A stretch of 64,000 nt of DNA from an uncultured Spirochaetaceae bacterium (GTDB lineage Bacteria > Spirochaetota > Spirochaetia > Sphaerochaetales > Sphaerochaetaceae), in the NCBI GenBank assembly GCA_964545735.1, contig CAZJGS010000001.1:3726-67725 (forward strand), read 5' to 3'. Positions 46,857-55,989 of the stretch are shown here, in pieces. The notes beneath the pieces are model-generated. The model had not been told where the DNA came from. It did not search any database and saw nothing but the letters and a program-made list of their open reading frames with translations. Position numbers and translations under genes: made by a program. Positions within the stretch are counted from its first letter, which is position 1. Each line of letters opens with the position of its first letter.

Positions 46857-47981
46857 ATGAGAACAACAAAACTTATCAAATTTACAATATTTTTACTCTT
46901 AATATATATTTTAGCAACGTCGTTTGCTTTTGCTTATGATGAAAGTACTGCACTTCCTGCGGCTTATTTTAATATTCAAAGTTTCTCATATAAACCTGTA
47001 ATAACAAATACAGAAACCAATTTTGCAGAAGCTATTACCGTCAAATCAGTTAAAGCAATTGAATTAACTCAGCTTTCAAATAGGACAACAAGTGATGAAT
47101 CATTGCATGCTATTCCCCAAATAAGCATAGCAAATCGCACTGCAACATTATCAGCAAGCTCGTCACAAAGCACCAATTGTACATTATTAGCTAAAGTTTC
47201 TGTCAATTATGAGAACCGAGGAGAATATACTGCTTGGTTTGAATTAGCTGAACTTAAAACTTATATTTATCGCAGAACTTATGTAGATGATATCGCAACA
47301 GATTTTACAGTTACCCTTTATTATATTTTAGATAATCCTGAAAACTTGCCTGATACTAGTGGGGGCACAGCCCAGCTATTATCTCTCGATACAGGGGGCT
47401 CCACAAATTTCTACTTCTTCTATTTATTTGGCATTACTGAGGAAGTATACTACAGCGGTACACTCACAGAGAATATTGTAAACGTTACAACTCCAGAAAA
47501 TACTGATGGTACTTTTTTACTAGTGGTAGATGTAGCAAAACCAGCTTCTTGGACTAACACTGGATTTTTTGATAATATTGGGTTTAATAATCTTACTTGG
47601 ATTATTTCCCTTCAAGCAGGGCTTAATCCACCATCGAGCGCTCCCGATAATACAAACTATGTAGTAGGGCTAACTTTCGACAGTTTAAATGACTATAAAT
47701 TAATCTCAACAGATTCAGGAAGTGGGATGGGGGTGAGTAATGTCCCATATACCTTAAGACTTCGCAAAAATTCTAGTCAAATTATTGATTTTGATCGTGA
47801 TAAACCAATAAGAATTGAAAATATAAATTCACAAGAAATAAGAGATTTTTATATATATACCTATTCGAATTTTACAAATTTAGAAACATTAAATGCAGGA
47901 ACTTATAAAGATACCATTTATATTAATTTTGTCACAGATATTGATTCTAATTATGGAGATACAACAATACAAGTATTCTAA
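46857..47981 (+). CDS. Secreted hypothetical protein, two beta-sandwich-like modules
   Basis: MRTTKLIKFTIFLLLIYILATSFAFA signal peptide. Two module-ending motifs are seen: YYSGTLTENIVNVT and NAGTYKDTIYINFVT. The YTYSNF motif is shared with the 227-aa neighbour. Confidence 0.6.
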   Translation: MRTTKLIKFTIFLLLIYILATSFAFAYDESTALPAAYFNIQSFSYKPVITNTETNFAEAITVKSVKAIELTQLSNRTTSDESLHAIPQISIANRTATLSASSSQSTNCTLLAKVSVNYENRGEYTAWFELAELKTYIYRRTYVDDIATDFTVTLYYILDNPENLPDTSGGTAQLLSLDTGGSTNFYFFYLFGITEEVYYSGTLTENIVNVTTPENTDGTFLLVVDVAKPASWTNTGFFDNIGFNNLTWIISLQAGLNPPSSAPDNTNYVVGLTFDSLNDYKLISTDSGSGMGVSNVPYTLRLRKNSSQIIDFDRDKPIRIENINSQEIRDFYIYTYSNFTNLETLNAGTYKDTIYINFVTDIDSNYGDTTIQVF

Positions 47982-48026
47982 TATAAGAAAATTCAATTTA
48001 CTTAATTCATTTATAAAGTAACAAAA

Positions 48027-48060
48027 AAGAAGCACTAATAAATTATATGCTTCTTTTTTT
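48027..48060. terminator. Bidirectional terminator between the 374-aa gene and the thrC-like gene
   Basis: AAGAAGCA (48027-48034) pairs with TGCTTCTT (48048-48055). An A-run precedes it and a T-run follows. Confidence 0.7.
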
Positions 48061-48104
48061 AATTGTAAAAATATAAGATTTTTTTTAGATTCTAGAAATT
48101 ATAA

Positions 48105-49199
48105 TCAATGATCAGATTTTAAACCTGCTCCACACATAGGTATTATACTATCAAGAGTATTGCCATATAATTTGCAGTAATGTAAATAGGCTGCGTAATT
48201 AGCCGCAGTTGTATGCTCGCAGTAAATCCCCTTTAAGGCAAGAGTACTACGAGCAGACAATATTTGATTCTCTGGTGCATGAATAAACTTTATATCATAC
48301 TTATAGGCATACTCTAGTATTTCTTCACCTCTCATTGGTTTTCCTATTGCAATTCCTTCTGCAATTGTTTTGGTTGGAATAATTGACTCTGGAGTATTAT
48401 TACCTTTTTGATAGGCTTTTAAAAGAGGATCACAATTTTCACTTTGAATAGCAATAATATTTGGCATTTTATTTATCACCCCGCTTCTTAGCAATTCTTC
48501 AAGTCCGTGCATAATACCAAGAAACAAAGTGCCATTTCCTACAGGAACAAAGATGTTTTTAGGAATTCTGTGCAATTGCTCATAAATTTCATAAATATAC
48601 GTTTTTGTACCTTCGTAGAAAAATGGATTATATACATGATTTGCATAATATACACCCTTTTTTTCAACCGCTTCTCTGCATACATCAGCACAATGATCTC
48701 TACTTCCCTCAACTACATTAACCTTTGCTCCATGAGCTTTTATCATGTCAATTTTTTTAGGAGAAGTTCCCTCAGGTACAAATATCTCACAATCAATATT
48801 AGCTTTAGCACAATAGGCAGCTACACTATTGCCCGCATTACCACTACTATCTTGAACAACACTTTTGACACCAATAGATTTACAATGGGAAATCAAAACA
48901 GCTGCCCCTCTATCCTTAAAAGAAAGAGTTGGCATGAAATAATCCATTTTTAATAGCAAATCATCGTCAAATTTGATAATTGGAGTCATGCCCTCTCCAA
49001 GAGTTACAGCTTGCCAACTTTCGTCATCTAGTGCTATATATTTCCTATATCGAAAGATATTCCATTGATCTTTGTCAATAGATTCAACATCAAATTTAGG
49101 CGCAGTAAAGTCTAACTTCCAGAGCCCACCACAATCACATTTGGGCAAAAGAGTCGTTGTAGCAACTCTTTTATTACATTTTGAACAAATAAAATCCAT
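48105..49199 (-). CDS. Threonine synthase-like PLP-dependent enzyme (fold type II) with N-terminal zinc ribbon
   Basis: CSKC...CDCGG ribbon, PTLSFKDRGA PLP-lysine motif, and SSGNAG. The start overlaps the RidA stop (TAATG). Confidence 0.8.
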   Translation of the reverse strand: MDFICSKCNKRVATTTLLPKCDCGGLWKLDFTAPKFDVESIDKDQWNIFRYRKYIALDDESWQAVTLGEGMTPIIKFDDDLLLKMDYFMPTLSFKDRGAAVLISHCKSIGVKSVVQDSSGNAGNSVAAYCAKANIDCEIFVPEGTSPKKIDMIKAHGAKVNVVEGSRDHCADVCREAVEKKGVYYANHVYNPFFYEGTKTYIYEIYEQLHRIPKNIFVPVGNGTLFLGIMHGLEELLRSGVINKMPNIIAIQSENCDPLLKAYQKGNNTPESIIPTKTIAEGIAIGKPMRGEEILEYAYKYDIKFIHAPENQILSARSTLALKGIYCEHTTAANYAAYLHYCKLYGNTLDSIIPMCGAGLKSDH

Positions 49200-49579
49200 T
49201 ATTCTTCTTCCATTTCAGCAATAGCTTCAATTTCAATTAAAGCATTATTATGTAATTCCCTGCTTGGTACTATAACTCTAGATGGTTTATGAGAACCAAA
49301 AAAGGTTGCAAAACCATTATTAACGGCATCCCAATGATTTATATCTGATATATAAATACGACATTGAACAACATTTTCTTTAATTAACCCCGCTTTGCTT
49401 AAAACAAGACCAACATTACTCAATGCTTTTTGAAGTTGAATAGTTATATCCCCTTCAACCATCTTTCCCTTTTCGTAATCAAAAGGCAGTTGCCCGGAAA
49501 TATAGAGCATTCCATTTGAAATCATCCCTGGAGAATAATGTCCTTTCTTATTACTATTTTCTAAAATTATACTTTTCAT
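49199..49579 (-). CDS. ridA: RidA/YjgF family reactive enamine-imine deaminase
   Basis: YSPG...G.LYISGQLP, ..NVV.CRIYI.D......N..F..FF....P.R and IEIEAIA signatures. Confidence 0.88.
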   Translation of the reverse strand: MKSIILENSNKKGHYSPGMISNGMLYISGQLPFDYEKGKMVEGDITIQLQKALSNVGLVLSKAGLIKENVVQCRIYISDINHWDAVNNGFATFFGSHKPSRVIVPSRELHNNALIEIEAIAEMEEE

Positions 49580-49596
49580 AAATACTGCCTTTTTTA

Positions 49597-50421
49597 TTAA
49601 TTTTTTATTTCTTCAAGTTTATAAACATCACTTCTACGATGTTTTAAAAGAGGTAATTGTTCTCTAATTTCTTCTACCAAATCTAAATCAATCTCTGTTA
49701 TCAATACATTGGGTTTTTCACCCAATTGATTTACAATTCTACCCCAAGGGTCCACTACAAGACTATGAGCCCAGGATTGATAGGAAGCACTAGCATCCCT
49801 TGCTGGAGCTGTTCCAATTGCAAAGACTTGATTATTTAAAGCCTGAGACTTAAACATTAGTTGCCAATGATCTGGGCCTGTACTCATATTAAAGGCTGCA
49901 GGAACTAATATTATTTTTGCTCCCTTCAAAGCCATTAACCTTCCTAGCTCTGGAAACCTAAAATCATAACAAATACACAAGCCCATAACACCGAATTCTG
50001 TTTCAAAGGTAGTGATTTTATTGCCAGCTGTTAGTGTTTCAGATTCTTTAAAATGTTGACCACCTTTGATTTGAATATCAAAAAGATGCATTTTCCTATG
50101 CTTTGCTATTTGTTTACCACTTCTATCGAAAACATAAGCAGTATTATAAATGTTCCCTGCTTCATCCTTTTCAGCAACTGTTCCCGCAGACAAATAACAA
50201 TGATTTTCAGTAGCTAAATTTGAGCACATTTGCCAAATAGAACCACCTTCCACTTCTGCATAAAGAGGAAACTGATCTACTTGATATGGGGTAGTAAACA
50301 TTTCTGCTAGAGCAATCAAATCGACACCTTTAGGCACTGATTTTTCTATTGTTCTTTTTATAGAATCAAAAGATTTCATTTTATCACTGAGAACCGGCAT
50401 TTGAATTTGTGCTATTTTCAT
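49597..50421 (-). CDS. Carbon-nitrogen hydrolase (nitrilase superfamily, omega-amidase/Nit-like)
   Basis: The E-K-C triad contexts are visible: LIALAEMF, HRKMHLFD and GLCICYDFRFPE. Confidence 0.85.
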   Translation of the reverse strand: MKIAQIQMPVLSDKMKSFDSIKRTIEKSVPKGVDLIALAEMFTTPYQVDQFPLYAEVEGGSIWQMCSNLATENHCYLSAGTVAEKDEAGNIYNTAYVFDRSGKQIAKHRKMHLFDIQIKGGQHFKESETLTAGNKITTFETEFGVMGLCICYDFRFPELGRLMALKGAKIILVPAAFNMSTGPDHWQLMFKSQALNNQVFAIGTAPARDASASYQSWAHSLVVDPWGRIVNQLGEKPNVLITEIDLDLVEEIREQLPLLKHRRSDVYKLEEIKN

Positions 50422-51095
50422 AATCTCTTACCTCTTACTGTATCTAAGTAACTATAAATTGTTACTTTATTTACTCCAATCTTCTCTGCAACCAACTCCA
50501 CACTACCCTTCATCAAAAATATACCCTTATTATCCATAAAGCGAATTTTTTCAATTTTTTCATCACGACTTAAATCTTGAGGATTGATACAATCATCAAG
50601 TATGTTATCGATTAAAGAGACAATCATTTGCTTAACATTTAAAGACTCATCTGTTGAAACAAAATCATCATGCAACATAGCATCACTTACATCCTCAACA
50701 AAAAGAGCCTCTGAATTAGGTAAAAAGCTTTTCAAATAATCAAGGCCATTGGTTATTCTAGTTGTATCAAGGTTGATACAAATCGCACCTATTAAAGTTT
50801 TAGTATTATCTCTTAATAGCAGGGTAGAAGATCTAATAAGCCGATTGTTTTGTGCTCTAAAATAATAGTTGCTTACAAAATCATTTTTCAAACCTTTTGA
50901 ATAAATAACCTTTTTTACAAGTTGATCAAAACTCTGTCCAACTCTTCTTTGTGTTACCTTAGAATTGGCCACATAAACAACAGAATGCTCGGGTTGTATC
51001 AAATCATGCAATACAACCTCGCAATCATCACCAAAAGTTTCAACCAACATTTGAGCTAAGGGAACATATGATTTTATAATCGGATGCATTTCCAT
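50418..51095 (-). CDS. YheO/DauR-like transcriptional regulator (PAS-like sensor plus C-terminal HTH)
   Basis: YVPLAQMLVETFGDDCEVVLHDL N-terminal YheO-like domain and the C-terminal LVAEKIGVNKVTIYSYL HTH. ATGA overlap with the hydrolase gene. Confidence 0.75.
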   Translation of the reverse strand: MEMHPIIKSYVPLAQMLVETFGDDCEVVLHDLIQPEHSVVYVANSKVTQRRVGQSFDQLVKKVIYSKGLKNDFVSNYYFRAQNNRLIRSSTLLLRDNTKTLIGAICINLDTTRITNGLDYLKSFLPNSEALFVEDVSDAMLHDDFVSTDESLNVKQMIVSLIDNILDDCINPQDLSRDEKIEKIRFMDNKGIFLMKGSVELVAEKIGVNKVTIYSYLDTVRGKRL

Positions 51096-51105
51096 CTTTT
51101 ACTCC

Positions 51106-52212
51106 CTATTGTAACTTGCCTCTGCACGAAACTGGAATCTTTTTAATTACCTTGTCATCAGATATTAACCAAGCTTCATCATAAAGATTACAAACAGGGC
51201 AAATATGAACAGGAATAATACGTATTTTATCTCCAATCTTTACGCTTTCTCTAAAAACTGGATTATTAATTATAGCATGCTCATCAAAGACTTTATTTAT
51301 ATGGATATCTGGAAACTCATAAAGTGTTCCCTTTCCCTCTGTGGCGCAAATCCCCTCTCGTCTTTCTTGCATGGTTAAACCCTTTGCTCCTACATCCAAT
51401 ATTACTCGCTCAAAGTTGGGTTTACTAATAACAGTTGCTAAAATAGTTGCAGCACATTTATCTAAAGTTCCAATTGAATTTGATTGAGAGGCATCCATAA
51501 GAACATAAGTCCCAGGTCTAATTTCATTTATACCATTTAAAATTGGAGCATTGTTTATAAAAGGAGGAGTTGATCCATAACTTACTATTTCACATTTCAT
51601 GCCATTCTCTTTGGCTAATTTTGCAAATTTTAATGTTCTTTGCTGGGCACCAAGAGAAATGTCGAGGCATTCTTCAATATCCCTAGCACTATAATTATTT
51701 CCATCATGAGAAAAAATTCCTTTAAATTTAATATGAGAGCAATTTTTAATTGTATCTAACAGTTTTAAAAAATCAACTTCTTCTATAATTCCACTTCTAT
51801 TTTCCCCTACTTCAATCTCCACTAATATATTTGCAAAATTGTTATCTAGTGAAAAGATCTTCTCAGCTTCTAAAACTTGAAATATTGAATCAACACCAAA
51901 GGAAATTGATATTTTTTGACTTAATTTTGAAATACGCTCTAATTTTTTTTGACCAACAATTTCATTAGCAATAAAAATATCATCAATACCATTTTTGGCC
52001 ATAACTTCGGCCTCTCCTGTTTTTGCAACAGCTATACCACAAGAGCCTGCATCTACTTGAAGTTTCGCAATGTAAGGCATTTTATGTGTTTTGGTATGGG
52101 GACGAAGAGCCACTCGATTATTCTTAGCATAATCTTGCATAGATTCGATATTATCCATCAATACCTTCTCATCTATTAAAAGTGAGGGTGTATCTAGTTC
52201 AAAGTATTCCAT
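51106..52212 (-). CDS. D-TA/DSD1-family PLP enzyme (alanine-racemase-N fold; D-threonine aldolase / D-serine dehydratase-like)
   Basis: LDTPSLLID, LRPHTKTHK (PLP-Lys context), and the C-terminal ...IPVHICP..NL tail typical of the family. Start trimmed to the ATG at 52212, after GGAGA. Confidence 0.78.
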   Translation of the reverse strand: MEYFELDTPSLLIDEKVLMDNIESMQDYAKNNRVALRPHTKTHKMPYIAKLQVDAGSCGIAVAKTGEAEVMAKNGIDDIFIANEIVGQKKLERISKLSQKISISFGVDSIFQVLEAEKIFSLDNNFANILVEIEVGENRSGIIEEVDFLKLLDTIKNCSHIKFKGIFSHDGNNYSARDIEECLDISLGAQQRTLKFAKLAKENGMKCEIVSYGSTPPFINNAPILNGINEIRPGTYVLMDASQSNSIGTLDKCAATILATVISKPNFERVILDVGAKGLTMQERREGICATEGKGTLYEFPDIHINKVFDEHAIINNPVFRESVKIGDKIRIIPVHICPVCNLYDEAWLISDDKVIKKIPVSCRGKLQ

Positions 52213-52234
52213 ATTTGTATCTCCTATATATTTA

Positions 52235-52263
52235 AGTATATATAACATTTTATATGCGGTCAA
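52235..52263 (-). promoter_or_regulatory. Sigma70-type promoter for the five-gene PLP/RidA/nitrilase operon
   Basis: On the minus strand: TTGACC (52263-52258), 17-nt spacer, TATACT (52240-52235). Confidence 0.55.
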
Positions 52264-52420
52264 TATAATTTTTTATATGAATTATTTATCAAAATAAATT
52301 ATAAATTGAACTCGGGTTTTCCCATTCTATTTTTAAAACAAAAAAACATCATATTAATTATTATTTTAATATGACGCTTTATAAATATATTATAGGAAAG
52401 TTACTTAATACTTTTTTAGA

Positions 52421-54637
52421 TTAACCAACTTCACCATTTTTATAAACTTTTGCAGTTAATTCTTTATCTTCAGATTTGATTGCTTTGCCATCAACTTTTA
52501 CCACACCATCTTGTGTGTACATTGGCATTGAGAAGAATTTGCTACCTTTAACATAACATCTATTCGCCTCTGGTGCACTAGTTCCTTCAGGAAGCAAAAT
52601 TGTACCAACTTCAAAATCATCAGCAAATAAAACCTCACAAGTACTATGATCTTCATCACCTTTTTCACTAGCAGCTAAAAGCATACCTTTTGATTTAACA
52701 CCTCTAAACTTAGCTGGCTTTAGGTTTCTCACCAATACAATATTACGATTTAATAATTCTTCAGCACTGTAATAAGGAACGATTGAAGAAACAATAGTTC
52801 TATCTGTATCTTCTTCATCTCCAGTATCAAGGGATAAAATATATAATTTATCACCTTCTGGATGTTTTTCAACTTCCACAATTTTACTAACTACCAAATC
52901 AACACGATTTGCAAATTCTTCTGCTATGGTTAATGTTTCTTCATTAGCTTCCATTTTTGTATCTCCCAATTTTTTCTTTTCTTCTCTTTCAGCTTGAGAA
53001 CCACTATATTTTATTCTCAATTCTTCAATTGTCTCTCGCTCTAGCTTTGAGAATAACAATTCAATATCACCTATTTCACTTATATTTTCATATTTACCTA
53101 AATCTTTCCAAGTAGAATTTTCACACTTTACAAATTTTAAAATTTTAGTACTAGCTTCAGGCATATAAGGTTCAATTAAAATACCAAGATCTCTTATCAA
53201 ATAAACTAAAGTTCTAAGTAGTTTAGCAGCACTCTCTGGATCTTCTTTTCTCGTTCTCCAAGGCTCACCATCTTGGAAAGCTTTGTTACCAATAGAGGAG
53301 AGGAAAAAGATATTTCTAAGAGCATCTCGCTCTCCAGCGGCTTCTAATAATTCATCAATCCGATTTTCTTTTTCAGTTATTAGCTTAATTAAATCTTGAT
53401 CTAAGGCACCTTCTGGAACTTTACCATCATAAAATCTATTTATAAAGGTTAAAGTTCTATTTACAAGATTTGATAAATTACCAATCAATTCTCCATTAAC
53501 TTTTTCCTCAAAATCAGCCCAGGAAAAAGTAAAATCAGATTTTTCAGGCCTGTTGTAGAACATATAAAAACGCCATACATCACTTGGAATACCTGTATCC
53601 ATTACATCATTTCCAAAAATACCTACTCCTAGGCTCTTTGAGAATCTTCCACCTTCATAATTTAAATATTCAGTAGAGCTCATATGATGCAACATAGTCC
53701 ATTTTTCATCAGTTGCTAATAAAGAAGCTGGGAAAATTACAGTATGGAATGGAATATTATCTTTTCCAATAAATTGGAACAATTCAGTATCCTCTGGAGA
53801 TTGCCACCATCTCTTCCAATCTTCAACTGCATAAGCTGAAATTGAAATATAACCAATTGGTGCATCAAACCATACATAGAATACTTTATTCTCAAAACCT
53901 TTTTTAGGAACTGGAATACCCCATTTTAAATCTCTGGTTATAGCTCTTTCTTTTAAACCGTCACGAATCCAACTTTTAGTAACTTGAACAGCATTTTTTG
54001 CCCAAAACCCTTTAACTGAAGCTTCATTCATCCAAGACTCTAATAAAGGTAGTACTTTTGGTAAATCTAAATATAGGTGAGTAGTTTTCTTTACTTCAGG
54101 AGTAGAGCCACAAACACTACAATGAGGATCAATAAGTTCAGTTGGCTCTAATAGGGTAGAACAACTATCACATTGATCACCCTTAGCCCCCGCACTATGG
54201 CAGTGAGGACAAGTTCCAAATACAAACCTATCAGCTAAAAATCTATTACACTTAGGACAATATAACTGTTCAATCTCACCTTCTCTAATATAACCATTCT
54301 CATCAACTTTATTAAAAATATGTTGAACAATTTCTGTTTGTTTTTCAGTACTTGTTCTACCAAAATAATCAAAATTTATATCAAACCATTTGTATATATC
54401 CTTATGAATAAAATGATAGTGATCACATAATTCCTTTGGGCTGACACCTTGTTCTAAAGCTCTAGTTTCTGTAGCAGTTCCATACTCATCAGTTCCACAC
54501 ACATATAAGGTTTCATACCCTTTTGATCTGCAAAATCTAGCAAAAACATCAGCTGATAACACTTGTGTTAAATTCCCTAAATGAGGGATGTTATTTACAT
54601 AAGGCAAGGCAGAAGTAACTAGTCTTTTTTTCTTCAT
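52421..54637 (-). CDS. metG: Methionine--tRNA ligase with C-terminal tRNA-binding (EMAP/Trbp111-like) domain
   Basis: PYVNNIPHLGN (HIGH-type), zinc knuckles CPKC../CPHC../CDSC../CSVC, KFSKS (KMSKS-type), and a C-terminal OB domain (VSKIVEVEKHPEGDKLY). Start trimmed to the ATG at 54637, after GGAGG. Confidence 0.93.
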   Translation of the reverse strand: MKKKRLVTSALPYVNNIPHLGNLTQVLSADVFARFCRSKGYETLYVCGTDEYGTATETRALEQGVSPKELCDHYHFIHKDIYKWFDINFDYFGRTSTEKQTEIVQHIFNKVDENGYIREGEIEQLYCPKCNRFLADRFVFGTCPHCHSAGAKGDQCDSCSTLLEPTELIDPHCSVCGSTPEVKKTTHLYLDLPKVLPLLESWMNEASVKGFWAKNAVQVTKSWIRDGLKERAITRDLKWGIPVPKKGFENKVFYVWFDAPIGYISISAYAVEDWKRWWQSPEDTELFQFIGKDNIPFHTVIFPASLLATDEKWTMLHHMSSTEYLNYEGGRFSKSLGVGIFGNDVMDTGIPSDVWRFYMFYNRPEKSDFTFSWADFEEKVNGELIGNLSNLVNRTLTFINRFYDGKVPEGALDQDLIKLITEKENRIDELLEAAGERDALRNIFFLSSIGNKAFQDGEPWRTRKEDPESAAKLLRTLVYLIRDLGILIEPYMPEASTKILKFVKCENSTWKDLGKYENISEIGDIELLFSKLERETIEELRIKYSGSQAEREEKKKLGDTKMEANEETLTIAEEFANRVDLVVSKIVEVEKHPEGDKLYILSLDTGDEEDTDRTIVSSIVPYYSAEELLNRNIVLVRNLKPAKFRGVKSKGMLLAASEKGDEDHSTCEVLFADDFEVGTILLPEGTSAPEANRCYVKGSKFFSMPMYTQDGVVKVDGKAIKSEDKELTAKVYKNGEVG

Positions 54638-54905
54638 AAAACCTCCAGGCAATCTTTTTAATAAAAAAAATTGCTCAAATTTATAGCAAAAATAGATTAA
54701 ATTTCAATAATACTTTTGCTATAATATAGTTGAAATAACAAATTTTCAACCTATATTAAATAGTTTTATAATCTTAAATCTAATAAAATTATTTTAATTT
54801 TATCCATAATTCACAAAATATTATAAAATAAACAGATAAAATATGATGAATATAAACAATAAAGAGAAAAACAGAGCTTATAATTTATAAAGGTGTGAAT
54901 ATTGC

Positions 54906-54935
54906 TTGACCCTTTAGGGGTAACTTAGTTAAAAT
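54906..54935 (+). promoter_or_regulatory. Sigma70-type promoter for hflKC
   Basis: TTGACC (54906-54911), 18-nt spacer, TAAAAT (54930-54935). Confidence 0.5.
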
Positions 54936-54972
54936 TAAAGTAATAAGAGGTAAAAACTCTTAAGGAGATAAA

Positions 54973-55989
54973 ATGGACCAAGAACCTTTCAAACCAGCTA
55001 ATAATAAAATTAATATTAGTCCAAAGTTAATAATTGGATTAGTAATTGCTGTTATTGTTCTAGCCACAGCCATGTCTAGTTTTTTCGTTGTCGATCAAAC
55101 TGAACAAGCTGTAGTAACCCGATTCGGGCGCTATAATAGAACAGTAGGACCAGGATTACAAATAAAAGTTCCTTTGGGAATAGAAAAAGCTTATAAAGTT
55201 CCAACTCAAGTTGTACAAACAATGACTTTTGGTTACAGAAGCTCAATCAACACTAGTCCTTTAATTGCTAGTACTGATTTACCAGCAGAATCAATCATGC
55301 TAACTGGAGATTTAAATATAATTGACCTTGAATGGATCGTTCAATTTAAAATTAGCTACCCAGATAAATGGTTGTTTAACGTACAAGAGAGAGAAAGAAC
55401 AATAAGAGATATTAGCCAAAGTGTAATGAATCAACTTGTTGGTGATTTACCTATTCTTTCAGTTATGACTAGCGAAAGAACCTCTATTGAAATTGAAGCT
55501 CAAAATGAGATGCAAAAAACTTTTGATTCCTATGGTCTAGGTATTAGAGTTGTAACAGTTAAACTTCAAAACATTGTACCACCAGAAGGTACTGTACAAA
55601 ACGCTTTTGAAGATGTTAACAAAGCAATTCAAGATATGAACAGATATATCAACGAAGGTAAAGAGCAATACAACTCAATCATTCCAAAAGCACAAGGTGA
55701 AGCAAAACAACAAATTCAAATTGCTGAAGGTTATGCTAAAGAAAGAGTTAATAATGCAAGAGGTGATGTTGCTAGGTTTAATAGTATGAGAGATATATAC
55801 CAACAAAGCAAACAAATCACAGCTGATCGTCTTTACATTGAAACTATGGAAGAAATTATTTCGCAAAGTACTGATAACTTAACACTTATTGATAAAGACT
55901 TAGAAAACTTCCTACCAATTTCTCAAATCGACAGTTCTAAAAACAGTACTGTTGTACAAAATAATACTAACGTAGGAGGTACTAACTAA
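54973..55989 (+). CDS. hflK: FtsH protease modulator HflK (SPFH/band-7)
   Basis: N-terminal TM followed by an SPFH domain (VVDQTEQAVVTRFGRY, GPGL). It is coupled to hflC by a TAATG overlap. Confidence 0.88.
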   Translation: MDQEPFKPANNKINISPKLIIGLVIAVIVLATAMSSFFVVDQTEQAVVTRFGRYNRTVGPGLQIKVPLGIEKAYKVPTQVVQTMTFGYRSSINTSPLIASTDLPAESIMLTGDLNIIDLEWIVQFKISYPDKWLFNVQERERTIRDISQSVMNQLVGDLPILSVMTSERTSIEIEAQNEMQKTFDSYGLGIRVVTVKLQNIVPPEGTVQNAFEDVNKAIQDMNRYINEGKEQYNSIIPKAQGEAKQQIQIAEGYAKERVNNARGDVARFNSMRDIYQQSKQITADRLYIETMEEIISQSTDNLTLIDKDLENFLPISQIDSSKNSTVVQNNTNVGGTN

